From contig CAWISW010000003.1 of NCBI GenBank assembly GCA_963838925.1, positions 704,001 to 768,000 on the forward strand: 64,000 bases of DNA, read 5' to 3'. This DNA comes from an uncultured Nitrososphaerota archaeon (lineage in GTDB: Archaea > Thermoproteota > Nitrososphaeria > Nitrososphaerales > Gagatemarchaeaceae). The notes beneath the pieces were generated by a model. The model made no database searches, was not told where the DNA came from, and saw only the letters and a program-made list of their open reading frames with translations. The position numbers and the translations under genes are program-made. Below, piece after piece: positions 1 through 9,511 of this stretch. Every line of letters begins with the position of its first letter. Positions within the stretch are counted from its first letter, which is position 1.

Positions 1-47
1 TTGGCGCTCTTGGCGGACATCTTCGTGCCCTTGTGCGGGGGTTTCAT
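1..47 (-). CDS. 5' end of an unidentified gene running off the window (MKPPHKGTKMSAKSA...)
   Basis: ATG at 47 with open frame to the window edge; AT-rich TATA-like box about 30 nt upstream. Confidence 0.35.
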   Translation of the reverse strand, partial: MKPPHKGTKMSAKSA

Positions 48-288
48 GGAATTCTGTTCGTCTTCAGAGCTAGATAAATTTCACGAGTTCGTTCCTTGCG
101 TCTCAACCGGCTTCGTTCGCAACCACAGATTCGATTTCGTTCGTTGGCGGCTCCTCGACTAATGTCTCGTTAGAATCCGCTTGAGAACCCGTTCAGGTGC
201 GGGTCCTGCCGGGGCACCTGCTTCACGCCTCCAGCCTCCTGATTACAGCCACACGCATCTTATATCGAGTCCAGAGCTAGCAGGACCC

Positions 289-1236
289 GTGACCGCCAAA
301 CCAGGAACTGAATCGGTGGTCACGATTCAACATCTCGTGAAGAGGTATGGTAGCTTCCTTGCTGTCAACGATGTTTCCCTTTCGATAAACGAGGGAGAGA
401 TTTTTGGAATCATTGGACCCAATGGCGCTGGCAAGACTACCGCGGTGGAGTGCATATCCGGGCTTCGTGTTCCTGACTCAGGGACTATCAGTGTTTATGG
501 GCTTTCTCCCAAGAAGGACAGGAACAGGATAAGGGAGTTCCTAGGCGTTCAGCTTCAGGAAAGTCAGCTGCCTCCGCGCCTCAAAGTCGGAGAGGCGGTG
601 AGGCTCTTTGCCTCCTTCTATCCGAACCCTCTTGACCCGAACGAGCTTCTCGAGACGCTGGGGATCAGGAGCGTTGAGAATTCCATATTCAAGAGATTGT
701 CTGGCGGCCAGAAGCAGAGGCTGTCGATAGCGCTCGCTCTAGTGGGGAACCCGAAGATTGCCATACTTGATGAGCTGACCACGGGGCTCGACCCGGAGGC
801 CAGGCGCGAGACGTGGGCCCTCATAGAGAGCATCAGAAACCGCGGCGTCACCGTGATACTCGTGACCCACTTCATGGACGAGGCAGAGAGATTGTGCGAC
901 CGTCTCGCCCTGATAAACCATGGTAAGCTCGCGGTGCTGGATACACCTGAAGCGATTGCCGCGCTGGCGGGAGGGAACAGGGTGCGATTTGTTCCTTCGC
1001 AACCTGTTGACGACAAGACTCTGCTTGCCATATCAGGTGTCGTTGGGGTTGAAAGGAAGGAAAGGTACATCACCGTCACTGGCACCGGCGATCTAGCAGC
1101 ATCCGTCATCAACTCGCTCGCGAGAATCGGAGTGCACGTCTCCGAAATAGAAGCAAGAGGAGGGAACCTTGACGATGCGTTCGTGAAGTTGACAAGGGAC
1201 GACGCGTCTGGCGTTTCACGAGGGGCCCAACCTTGA
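289..1236 (+). CDS. ABC-2 type exporter ATP-binding subunit
   Basis: Walker A GPNGAGKTT, signature LSGGQKQR, Walker B ILDE; GTG 289 preferred, about 24 nt after TTATAT. Confidence 0.95.
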   Translation: MTAKPGTESVVTIQHLVKRYGSFLAVNDVSLSINEGEIFGIIGPNGAGKTTAVECISGLRVPDSGTISVYGLSPKKDRNRIREFLGVQLQESQLPPRLKVGEAVRLFASFYPNPLDPNELLETLGIRSVENSIFKRLSGGQKQRLSIALALVGNPKIAILDELTTGLDPEARRETWALIESIRNRGVTVILVTHFMDEAERLCDRLALINHGKLAVLDTPEAIAALAGGNRVRFVPSQPVDDKTLLAISGVVGVERKERYITVTGTGDLAASVINSLARIGVHVSEIEARGGNLDDAFVKLTRDDASGVSRGAQP

Positions 1237-2012
1237 CCTCGACGCCGGCTGAATCGAGAGAGAAAGGAACCAGGGGCCACTTTTCCGAACTCCTCAAGGT
1301 GGAGGGAAAGCTCGCCCTGCGAGAACCGACATCATTGGTCATGGGAATCGGGGTTCCGACCATCTTGCTCGTAGTATTCGGCCTCATTGGAATGTTTTCG
1401 CCGGGGAACGTCTCCGGTACAAGCTACACAGTCATTGAGCTATACGTTCCAACCATCATGGTCATCGGATTCATTTTCGTCGGAGTCTCTGTCCTGCCTA
1501 ACACCATGGTCAGGTATCGGGAGATCGGGTGGCTGCGAAGAGTCTCAGTGACTCCAGAGGCTCCCTCGAGGCTGCTCGCAGCCCAACTGATCGTCAACCT
1601 TGTGCTTGCCTTGGCGGGAATCTTGATCGTCATCCTTGGAAGCGAATTGTTCTTCGGGGCGTCGCTTGACGTAAGCCTTCCGTACTTTGCTCTCTCAGTC
1701 GTTCTCTCGATTGCGGTGATATTCTCCCTTGGCTTGCTCGTCGCGGCCCTGGTTCCATCCCAGTCGGTCGCAAACGGGGTGGGTGGGGGGTTGGTCTTTC
1801 TACTGATGTTCCTTGCGGGCCTCTGGGTTCCGCCTGCCGCGGTGGGCGGGCCATTGGCGACGATCATGTACTACTCGCCGTCTGGCGCAGCGGCGCAGGC
1901 CATGCTTTACTCGGTCTTCAACACCGCCCCGCCATACACCGCAATAGTTACCATGGTCGTTTACGCGCTAGCCTTCTCATTCATTGCGACCCGTTACTTC
2001 CGATGGGAATAG
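1233..2012 (+). CDS. ABC-2 type exporter permease
   Basis: About six TM segments, YREIGWLRR motif, FRWE C-terminus, overlaps the ATPase stop. Confidence 0.9.
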   Translation: MTSTPAESREKGTRGHFSELLKVEGKLALREPTSLVMGIGVPTILLVVFGLIGMFSPGNVSGTSYTVIELYVPTIMVIGFIFVGVSVLPNTMVRYREIGWLRRVSVTPEAPSRLLAAQLIVNLVLALAGILIVILGSELFFGASLDVSLPYFALSVVLSIAVIFSLGLLVAALVPSQSVANGVGGGLVFLLMFLAGLWVPPAAVGGPLATIMYYSPSGAAAQAMLYSVFNTAPPYTAIVTMVVYALAFSFIATRYFRWE

Positions 2013-2128
2013 CGATCACAACGGGTGCTGAATTGGCCTGCCGTCCGCGAGCACTCATCGCGCGCTCCTGTTCGCGCTTCGACAACGAGCCCATGCACGC
2101 AAAAATAGATGGCTTCCCAGGAACCTTC

Positions 2129-2629
2129 GTGCCGCGAATCGTTGAGGCGACAACGGAGCGTCAGATTGCCTCTGCGGCCGCACTGATCAGGGAGTACGTC
2201 GCCTCGCTAGGGGTGGACCTCAGCTTCGAGAAATTCGAGGAGGAGATGGCGGAGTTCCCCAGCGCCTACTCGAGGCCTGACGGCCGGATCCTCATCGCGA
2301 TGGAGGGGAAGGCGGCTGTCGGAGTCGTCGGAGTCAGAAGGCTCTCCGGCGACGCCTGTGAGCTGAAGAGGATGTACGTCCAGCCAGGCTTCAGGGGGAG
2401 AGGGATTGGCAGGATGCTGGCGACGAGAGCCATAGATGAGGCGCGAGGGATAGGCTACAGCCGCATGCGCCTCGACTCGCTTTCCAGGTTGAAGGAGGCG
2501 ATTGCCCTCTACGAATCTCTGGGATTCAGGACGATAGAGCAGTACAGGGTCAACCCGCACAAGGACGCGGTCTTCATGGAGCTGGACCTTGGCAAGCCCA
2601 GACAGCCCGCCTCCAAAACAAGTAAATAA
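2129..2629 (+). CDS. GNAT family N-acetyltransferase
   Basis: ELKRMYVQPGFRGRGIG acetyl-CoA motif and AIALYESLGF; probable GTG start at 2129. Confidence 0.9.
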   Translation: MPRIVEATTERQIASAAALIREYVASLGVDLSFEKFEEEMAEFPSAYSRPDGRILIAMEGKAAVGVVGVRRLSGDACELKRMYVQPGFRGRGIGRMLATRAIDEARGIGYSRMRLDSLSRLKEAIALYESLGFRTIEQYRVNPHKDAVFMELDLGKPRQPASKTSK

Positions 2630-2655
2630 CGACCCGAGCCTCTGTCGCTCCGCTC

Positions 2656-3078
2656 ATGGTAGTGAAGACCAAAGGCCAGGTCGCGTCAACGCCCGTCGAC
2701 AGGGCCTACAGGACGGAGATCGCATGGCTCATCGACAGGAACGACGGCGCGCCCAACTTCGAGCTAAGGAAGTTCACTATCAAGCCCGGAGGGAGCATCC
2801 CAAAGCACTACCACACGGATATCGAGCACGAGCAATACGTCCTCTCCGGAAGATACAAGGTCGGGATAGGGGAGAAGCTCCACTCTGTGAAGGAGGGGGA
2901 CTCGCTCTTCATCCCCGCGGGGACCGTCCACTGGTACGAGAACGACGGGAAGAGCGACGCGGAGTTCCTGTGCATCGTGCCTAAGGTGGAGCAGTACGGC
3001 GCTGTCTACCTAGACGAGTCCTCGCCCGCCTCCCAGAAGCGCGGTGCGCCCAGCTCAGGCTTCCGAAAGAAGAAGTAG
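2656..3078 (+). CDS. Cupin domain protein
   Basis: PKHYH...EHEQYVLSG and GDSLFIPAGTVHWYEN cupin motifs. Confidence 0.9.
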   Translation: MVVKTKGQVASTPVDRAYRTEIAWLIDRNDGAPNFELRKFTIKPGGSIPKHYHTDIEHEQYVLSGRYKVGIGEKLHSVKEGDSLFIPAGTVHWYENDGKSDAEFLCIVPKVEQYGAVYLDESSPASQKRGAPSSGFRKKK

Positions 3079-3149
3079 GCCTGCAGAAACCTGAACGTGG
3101 ACGCCCCAGAAAGGCATTTTAGGCAGAGTCGGGGCACTCTTCCATACAG

Positions 3150-3659
3150 TTGCGCTGGGTAAACCGGAGGCCGGCGAGGAGCGCCGGGAAGGTAGACGAC
3201 CAAATTGCGGACGTCAGTTTCTTTGAGCTGCACAAGGCTGCAATCATAGGACTGGTGATTCTTGCGGTAATAGTCGTTGCAGCCGTTGGCTACTCGGTGC
3301 TACCCGACTTCAGCGGAGGCGTCGCCTCGACCACTCAGACCACAGGCAAGGTGACCGCCGTCCAAGCCTCCTCGGCGATCGTCAGCTCTGGTAACCAGGT
3401 CGTCCCGCCGGCGACGCGCGTGACGCTCCTAGTCGGGACCACGTCATTCGACACCGTCCTGTCGTGCAGCAACGCTCCCTACAAGGTCGGCCAGACCGTC
3501 AAGGTCGCCGACCAGCTCATGCACGACGGTTCGCACAACTACGTGCCAGACCTCGCGTGCGCGGGACAGACCTCGCCTTACAGGGCCCTCTTCCCTGCGT
3601 CATCGACGACATCGAGCTCCGCCTCCACCACCACAAGCACTACGTCAACGACCGCCTAG
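3150..3659 (+). CDS. Membrane-anchored or secreted hypothetical protein with Ser/Thr-rich tail
   Basis: N-terminal hydrophobic segment and S/T-rich C-terminus; start uncertain. Confidence 0.6.
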   Translation: MRWVNRRPARSAGKVDDQIADVSFFELHKAAIIGLVILAVIVVAAVGYSVLPDFSGGVASTTQTTGKVTAVQASSAIVSSGNQVVPPATRVTLLVGTTSFDTVLSCSNAPYKVGQTVKVADQLMHDGSHNYVPDLACAGQTSPYRALFPASSTTSSSASTTTSTTSTTA

Positions 3660-3692
3660 GTAATCGCCTAGCCGTCGCCAGTCGCAAGAACC

Positions 3693-4559
3693 TCAGAGCT
3701 TGATGTGACTCTCGACCGCGTCGCGCTCGGCTCGCGCAGGCATCTCCGGGGCGCTCGCGCAGTGCTGGCACACGGTGAAGGAGATGTCCTTTGAGCTCAC
3801 GAAGCTCGTCGCCCTGCTTGAGCAGACGGGGCAGTCGATGTTGGTGACCTTCCATCCTCTCTCGAGCCCTCCCTTCCCCATCCAGGTCATCAGCGAGATT
3901 AGCGTGTCGTCGCCAAGGCCGTCTAGCTTGATGTGCTTCCCGTACTTGACGACGGGCTCAAGCCGCTCGAACAGCTGCTGCGAGATCTCCCCCTCGAGGA
4001 CTAGCTTGGTGAGCTCGCCGAGGAAGTCTCCCTTCGTCTCGTCGTCCTTCATCTTGATCTCGTACTTGCCGAGGTAGTACAGGCTGATCATTCCGATCAG
4101 CGCGACGAGGCCCTCGGGCGACTCGAAGAAGAGGACTAGGATACCGGCCTGCGGGACGGTATAGAACGGAACGCCCAGGACGTGGCTCGCCTCGATCAGC
4201 TGCGGGTCGACGTATTGGTTGTTGTCCCCCTTAGTCCTATAGTAGACCGTGCCATCTGCCTGGATGACCGTGCCGACGACCCTGTGTATCACCACCGGCC
4301 TGATCAGCGAGTCGAGGGCGGAGACGCCCGTGTCGCCCTGCACGAAGACTATGATCGTCCCGTTCTTGATCATTCCTTGCGGGGGCTTGGCGAAGACCTC
4401 TAAGTCTCCGCTGTGCAGCGTGGGGTACATGCTATTGCCTTGGACTATGGCTAGCGGATAGTTGCTCGTCTGCGTGTAGAGCGGGAGGCCGATGATCACG
4501 GCTGCCGCTATGGCGACCACCGCGATTTCCAGCTTAGTCCCGCGCGAGAGCTTGTTCAT
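3693..4559 (-). CDS. Signal peptidase I (S26B, SipW/Sec11-like) with C-terminal Zn-ribbon extension
   Basis: GNSMYP (Ser), IHRV (His), TKGDNN motifs; C-terminal CPVC...CQHC. Confidence 0.9.
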   Translation of the reverse strand: MNKLSRGTKLEIAVVAIAAAVIIGLPLYTQTSNYPLAIVQGNSMYPTLHSGDLEVFAKPPQGMIKNGTIIVFVQGDTGVSALDSLIRPVVIHRVVGTVIQADGTVYYRTKGDNNQYVDPQLIEASHVLGVPFYTVPQAGILVLFFESPEGLVALIGMISLYYLGKYEIKMKDDETKGDFLGELTKLVLEGEISQQLFERLEPVVKYGKHIKLDGLGDDTLISLMTWMGKGGLERGWKVTNIDCPVCSSRATSFVSSKDISFTVCQHCASAPEMPARAERDAVESHIKL

Positions 4560-4565
4560 CCATTA

Positions 4566-5135
4566 TCACGACGATACTATGCTCATCGGCACCTGGAAGT
4601 CCGTCCCCTGCGCCTTGCCCCAATAGAGGGTGGACGTGTCGCCCGTGGGTGGCTGAATGGCGACCCTGATGTAGCCGTTGGCAGGGATGCTGACGGCCGA
4701 CCCCGCCACTCGCAGAATCACTTGCGCCTTTGAAGTGGTCACCGTGGGGGTCGTGCCGCTCCCGACAGTCGTCTGCACCGTCCCTGTTGAGGTGACCACG
4801 GTTATCGTGATTGTCATCTTGCCGCTCGCCGAAGCCAGCGCCCACTCGTCGAAGACCCAAGACCCGGCGGGAACGTTCCTTGCGCTCGTGAATTGCGACG
4901 AGTAAAGGTAGACCGTGCCGCTCTTCGCGATTGCAGTCGAGCCTGTGGTCGCGGGCTGGGTCGTCGCCGTCACAACCGACGGAGTGGTGCTCGTCGGTGC
5001 GGTTGCGCTCTCAAAGTAGACGTTGGTAAGCACCCCAGAGTCCGCCGCGTAGGCCTTGGACGTGACCGTGACCGAGGTCGCGTATGACCCGACGCTCAGA
5101 GCGCAGATCAGCACAAACGCGATTAAGAGTTTCAT
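4566..5135 (-). CDS. Secreted beta-rich protein, putative minor fibre subunit
   Basis: Signal peptide ending VGSYA then TSVTVT; Thr/Ser/Val rich; no anchor. Confidence 0.75.
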   Translation of the reverse strand: MKLLIAFVLICALSVGSYATSVTVTSKAYAADSGVLTNVYFESATAPTSTTPSVVTATTQPATTGSTAIAKSGTVYLYSSQFTSARNVPAGSWVFDEWALASASGKMTITITVVTSTGTVQTTVGSGTTPTVTTSKAQVILRVAGSAVSIPANGYIRVAIQPPTGDTSTLYWGKAQGTDFQVPMSIVSS

Positions 5136-5159
5136 TCGAATGTCACCAGAGCATCCCGC

Positions 5160-5202
5160 AAAAAGAAAAAAGGTGTGGAGGGGCGAGCTTGAGCTCGCGC
5201 CC
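5160..5202 (-). terminator. Hairpin plus U-tract terminator after the putative major subunit gene
   Basis: Minus strand GGGCGCGAGCTCAAGCTCGCCC followed by TTTTTTCTTTTT. Confidence 0.55.
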
Positions 5203-5221
5203 TACGGCTTGCTTCATCTTC

Positions 5222-5710
5222 CTACGCCACTGTTACGGTAATTCCCGCTGGTGCGCTGAACGACGTCAGGGCCGTGTCGATGTTGAACGTCATCGTCTGC
5301 CCTGCGGTGATGGTGGCTCCGGTGGTCAGAGTCAGCGACCCGAGGGTCACGTATCCGCTCCCGGTGTTCCACTCGACTGTCGTGGTGTATGTGTGCGAGG
5401 TCTGCGCAGATGCCGCTATCGTCAGGGTGACTGAATAGTACCAGTCGCCCGCAGTCAGGGCTGTCGCGCACGTCCCGGCGTTAGCCCACGTGCATGGCTG
5501 GGCCGATGCGGTCGCCGTCGATTGCACTACTTGGAATCCGTTGCTGGCGGCCGAGAAGCCTCCGGTGACGGTATAGTTGACTCCCGCCTGGCCCGCGAAC
5601 GATTGCGTCGTGACTCCGACAGAGGTCGCGAACGAACCGACGGCGAACAGCGAGATCACCAGTATCGGCACCATTACCTTCAGCGGCAGCTTGTTCCTCA
5701 GTGTAGACAT
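5222..5710 (-). CDS. Secreted beta-rich protein, putative major fibre subunit
   Basis: Signal peptide ending VGSFA then TSVGVT; one Cys pair; C-terminal beta strand ITVTVA. Confidence 0.8.
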   Translation of the reverse strand: MSTLRNKLPLKVMVPILVISLFAVGSFATSVGVTTQSFAGQAGVNYTVTGGFSAASNGFQVVQSTATASAQPCTWANAGTCATALTAGDWYYSVTLTIAASAQTSHTYTTTVEWNTGSGYVTLGSLTLTTGATITAGQTMTFNIDTALTSFSAPAGITVTVA

Positions 5711-5884
5711 GTGTTGTCGGAATTGCAGTCATCTCTAGAGTATATGGAGCGGACGTATTTTCAGCAATGGAACCGAATGATTTGCGCTCGCCGTTTTCTC
5801 CTCTATCCCGAACATTGGGCGGCCGTTTTCCCTAGAAAGTCATAACCTTTAACAGAGGTCGTCCTCGACTTTTGTGGAGACAAA

Positions 5885-6400
5885 ATGGCCACCAAGACAG
5901 TGACCGCGACCTTCAGGATAGAGGAGGACGCGTTCAGGGACCTCCAGGAGGACGCGAAGAGGCAGAACGTCAGCGTCAACACCCTCGTCAACCAGCTCTT
6001 CCTGAGCTACTCTCACTACGACCGACTCATGAAACGGTTCCAGGTCATCAAGATCCCTGCCTCGACCTTCAGGACGATCTTGGACGGCTCGACCGACGAG
6101 GCTGTGACAGCAGCGGCCAAGACCGCGGGGGAGAGCATCGCAAAGACCTTCATAATCGCCAAGATGGGCGCCTTCACGATAGAGAACGTCCTTGAGGGGT
6201 TCAGGACCTCGGCCAGCTACATCAACGCCTTCGAGTACAGCGAGTTCCTCGCTCCGGGGAAGATAACGATCACCCTCACGCACAACTTGGGCAAGAAAGG
6301 GACGCTGTTTATCGAGGAGTGGGTGCGATGCCAGTTTGCGCTGCTCCACAAGACCCCCAAGTTCATGGTGGACGACCACTCGGTGATATTCGACCTCTAG
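5885..6400 (+). CDS. Ribbon-helix-helix transcription regulator with C-terminal ligand-binding-like domain
   Basis: TATFRIEEDAFRDLQEDAKRQNVSVNTLVNQ RHH pattern; divergent from the secreted-protein operon. Confidence 0.7.
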   Translation: MATKTVTATFRIEEDAFRDLQEDAKRQNVSVNTLVNQLFLSYSHYDRLMKRFQVIKIPASTFRTILDGSTDEAVTAAAKTAGESIAKTFIIAKMGAFTIENVLEGFRTSASYINAFEYSEFLAPGKITITLTHNLGKKGTLFIEEWVRCQFALLHKTPKFMVDDHSVIFDL

Positions 6401-6500
6401 GCCTTATATAGAAAACACGCCAAACGCCAAAACGAGCGATTGCAATAGAGTGCAATAGAAACTCGTCCCCTTAAATCGGGCAGGCACCCGACATCGGTCT

Positions 6501-6707
6501 ATGAAAGACCAGGCGGACTTCTTGGCCACGAGCATCTTCGCGATAGAGGGAGCGGACCAGCCCGGACAGACCGAGAGGCTGGTGAAGACCATCAAGCGCC
6601 TGCCCGGGGTCCACGGCATCGAGATCAACTACCTCCTAGACACGGCCAAGGTCAGATACGACCCCTCAAAGCAGAGCCTGGCTGGCATCAAGGCCGCCCT
6701 GAAGTAG
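6501..6707 (+). CDS. HMA (CopZ-like) domain protein lacking CxxC
   Basis: HMA pattern (IEG...LPGV...INY...AKVRYDP) but no cysteines. Confidence 0.6.
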   Translation: MKDQADFLATSIFAIEGADQPGQTERLVKTIKRLPGVHGIEINYLLDTAKVRYDPSKQSLAGIKAALK

Positions 6708-6774
6708 CGGAGCCGTTACCTAGTCACCGTTTTCTGCGCATATGTTTATCAGCCCCTTGGGGCCAATTATCGAC

Positions 6775-7716
6775 ATGGAATCGCTGGAGAAGCTGGTCAT
6801 CATCGGCTCAGGCCCCGCCGGGTTGACAGCAGCGATCTACGGGTCGAGGGCCAACCTGAGCCCGGTCATGTACATGGGGAGCGTCCCCCTCGGGCAGCTC
6901 ATGCTCACCAGCGAAGTCGAGAACTTTCCAGGCTTCCCAGACCCCGTCCTGGGCCCTGAGCTCATGGAGAGGATGAAGGGCCAGGCGCAGCGCCTCGGGG
7001 CGAGGATGATCCAGGAGGACATCGTCAACGTCGACTTTGGGAGCTACCCGTTCGAGCTGGAGACGTCCGGAGGCGCGAACGTGCGCGCCCTCTCGGTGAT
7101 AGTGGCGACGGGCGCGACCCCAAGACGCCTCAACATCCCGTCCGAGGCAAGGCTCCAGGGCAAGGGCGTCTCCAACTGCGCCGTCTGCGACGGCTTCTTC
7201 TTCAAGGGCAAGAACGTCGCCGTGGTCGGGGGAGGGGACACCGCGATGGAGGAGGCCACGTTCCTGACGAACCTCGTCTCCTCAGTCCAGGTCGTGCACA
7301 GGAAAGGGGAGCTCAGGGCCAGCGCGGCGCTCAGCGACGAGGCGTTCAAGAATCCCAAGATCAAGTTCAACTGGAACAGCGTGGTCACCGACATCATAGG
7401 GAACGGGAAGGTGGAGGGGCTGGCGGTCAAGGACCTCAAGACGGGCCAGGAGACCAAGCTCGCTGTCGACGGCGTCTTCGTAGCGATCGGCTACGAGCCC
7501 AACACCAAGCTCTTCGAGGGGAAGCTCGAGCTCGAGCCCAACGGCTACATCAAGGTCAGGAACGAGACAGAGACCAGCGTCCCGGGGGTCTTCGCCGCCG
7601 GGGACGTCAGGGACTTCAAGTACAGGCAGGCCGTCACGGCAGCTGCCGACGGCTGCAAGGCCGTCCTCGACGCAGAGAAGTTCGTCCGAGAGCACGCGAA
7701 AGAACTGACAGTCTGA
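6775..7716 (+). CDS. trxB: Thioredoxin reductase
   Basis: IIGSGPAG FAD motif, CAVC redox centre, VVGGGDTA NADPH motif, TSVPGVFAAGD. Confidence 0.97.
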   Translation: MESLEKLVIIGSGPAGLTAAIYGSRANLSPVMYMGSVPLGQLMLTSEVENFPGFPDPVLGPELMERMKGQAQRLGARMIQEDIVNVDFGSYPFELETSGGANVRALSVIVATGATPRRLNIPSEARLQGKGVSNCAVCDGFFFKGKNVAVVGGGDTAMEEATFLTNLVSSVQVVHRKGELRASAALSDEAFKNPKIKFNWNSVVTDIIGNGKVEGLAVKDLKTGQETKLAVDGVFVAIGYEPNTKLFEGKLELEPNGYIKVRNETETSVPGVFAAGDVRDFKYRQAVTAAADGCKAVLDAEKFVREHAKELTV

Positions 7717-7792
7717 GCCGTTCTCTCCGCTCAGAATCACCTACAGGCTTTATATCATGGTGGAGGCGCCGAAGCCCAACTGGTGCATTTCG

Positions 7793-8341
7793 TTGTCACA
7801 AGACAGTCCTGATATCAGAAACCAAGTGAACGCGAGCAGGGGTCCGCAGAAGAACCTAGAGCTCCTCATCCCGGGACTGAGGAACTACAGGAAGCTCGAC
7901 GACCTCCGCGTGGCGGACGACATGCTCCGCAACCAGGTCGCCGACAAGCTCATCCTCGCCAAGTCGAACCTCGAGGGCGTCAGGAAGCAGATGGCCTCCT
8001 CGGGCGACTTCACAAACCTGACGAACGTCGGCTCCCTCATCGCCCAGATCCAGCAGATAGCGGGGGAGGTCAGGCACGCCGAGCAGGGATACTCGGGCTG
8101 GGTGGCGAGCATCACCATCGACCAGAACAGGCTCAACCAGCTCTACGACAACGACTATGACTTTGTGAGCTCCGCATTCGCGCTGGTCGCCGCCACCTCC
8201 TCTCCAAACCTCGTGTACGACCCCGCCAACCAGGCCTCGATAATGGCGCCCCTCGCCAGAGTCGGTGGGGCCGTCTCGGACTTCAAGCAGAAGTGGGGCG
8301 TGAGGATGGAAGCGGTAAAGGGTATATTGGTCAAGCAGTGA
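7793..8341 (+). CDS. Helical hypothetical protein, first gene of the SPFH operon
   Basis: Host-like codon usage; TTG start after GGTG; co-oriented with the SPFH gene. Confidence 0.7.
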   Translation: MSQDSPDIRNQVNASRGPQKNLELLIPGLRNYRKLDDLRVADDMLRNQVADKLILAKSNLEGVRKQMASSGDFTNLTNVGSLIAQIQQIAGEVRHAEQGYSGWVASITIDQNRLNQLYDNDYDFVSSAFALVAATSSPNLVYDPANQASIMAPLARVGGAVSDFKQKWGVRMEAVKGILVKQ

Positions 8342-8362
8342 GCCAAAAGGAGAGATTAGACT

Positions 8363-9505
8363 ATGGTCAGCTTGTTCGGAAAGAAGCCTGCGGCGGGCCC
8401 TGACGCCCCCATCCCTGCGACTGGAGGGAGCGTCTTCGGTTCGACCGAGATAAACTGGGAGACCCAGTACAAGCAGGACAACGTGATGTGGAAGGTCCCC
8501 CGAAACATAGTGCTGAACGACAACATCGTCGTGAGGGAGGACGAGATCGCGGTGTTCTACAGGGACGGGAAGGTCCTGACGTACTTCGACCAGCCCAACA
8601 GGTACGCGCTCACTGACTTCAACGCACCAGTCGTGAAGAACCTCCTGAAGTTCTTCACCGGTGTGGTCCAGCAGGCCGAGGTCTACTACCTCCAGAAGAG
8701 GTTCATGGACGGCAAGTTCGGGAGCACACAGCCCTACCAGTTCACGGACCCGACCTTCGGGATCGTGAACCTCAGGGTCTTCGGGGAGTACAGGTGGCGC
8801 GTCTCCTCGCCTGAGAACTTCATCAACCAGTTCGTGGGCACATTCAACGCCGAGACCTCCGCGGACGTCGAGGACAGGCTGAAGGAGCAGATGGTCATAC
8901 TCCTCTACAACGCCCTCGGGAAGATGAAGGCCCAGGGCCTAAAGGTCACAGACCTGGCGGGCAACCTGACGAACGTCGAGCAGATGATACTCGCGTCCGC
9001 GCCCGACAACATCGGCCAGTACGGCGTCGAGATCAACAAGATATCCGGCCTCACCATCAGCCTGCCTGACGAGGTCCAGAAGGCCATCGACACGAGGTCG
9101 CAGATGCAGGTCCTCGGCGTCAACTACCTCCAGTACCAGGCGGGCCAGGCGATGACCGACGCGGCGAAGAACCCCTCCGGGGTGGCCGGCGTGGGCGCTG
9201 GCCTAGGCGTGGGACTGGGCGCGGGAGTGGGAGTCGGCGGGGCGTTCGGCTCCGCGATGATGGGTGGCATGGGAGGCATAAACCAAGGCCCGACCAGGTC
9301 ATGCTCCAACTGCGGCTCGATAATCCCCCTCAACACTGCGTTCTGCCCGAACTGCGGAGCCGCTCAGGCAGCCCCGGTGCAGCAGCAACAGCAGCCCCCG
9401 GCACAGCAGCAAGCGACAGCGGGGAAGTCGAAGTTCTGTCCCAACTGCGGCACGGCGCTCACCGGTCAGGTAAAGTTCTGCCCCAACTGCGGGTCGAAGG
9501 TGTAG
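8363..9505 (+). CDS. SPFH (band 7) domain protein with C-terminal double Zn ribbons (YdjI-like)
   Basis: VVREDEIAVFYRDG N-terminus, Gly-rich linker, four CxxC motifs. Confidence 0.85.
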   Translation: MVSLFGKKPAAGPDAPIPATGGSVFGSTEINWETQYKQDNVMWKVPRNIVLNDNIVVREDEIAVFYRDGKVLTYFDQPNRYALTDFNAPVVKNLLKFFTGVVQQAEVYYLQKRFMDGKFGSTQPYQFTDPTFGIVNLRVFGEYRWRVSSPENFINQFVGTFNAETSADVEDRLKEQMVILLYNALGKMKAQGLKVTDLAGNLTNVEQMILASAPDNIGQYGVEINKISGLTISLPDEVQKAIDTRSQMQVLGVNYLQYQAGQAMTDAAKNPSGVAGVGAGLGVGLGAGVGVGGAFGSAMMGGMGGINQGPTRSCSNCGSIIPLNTAFCPNCGAAQAAPVQQQQQPPAQQQATAGKSKFCPNCGTALTGQVKFCPNCGSKV

Positions 9506-9511
9506 CGAAGG

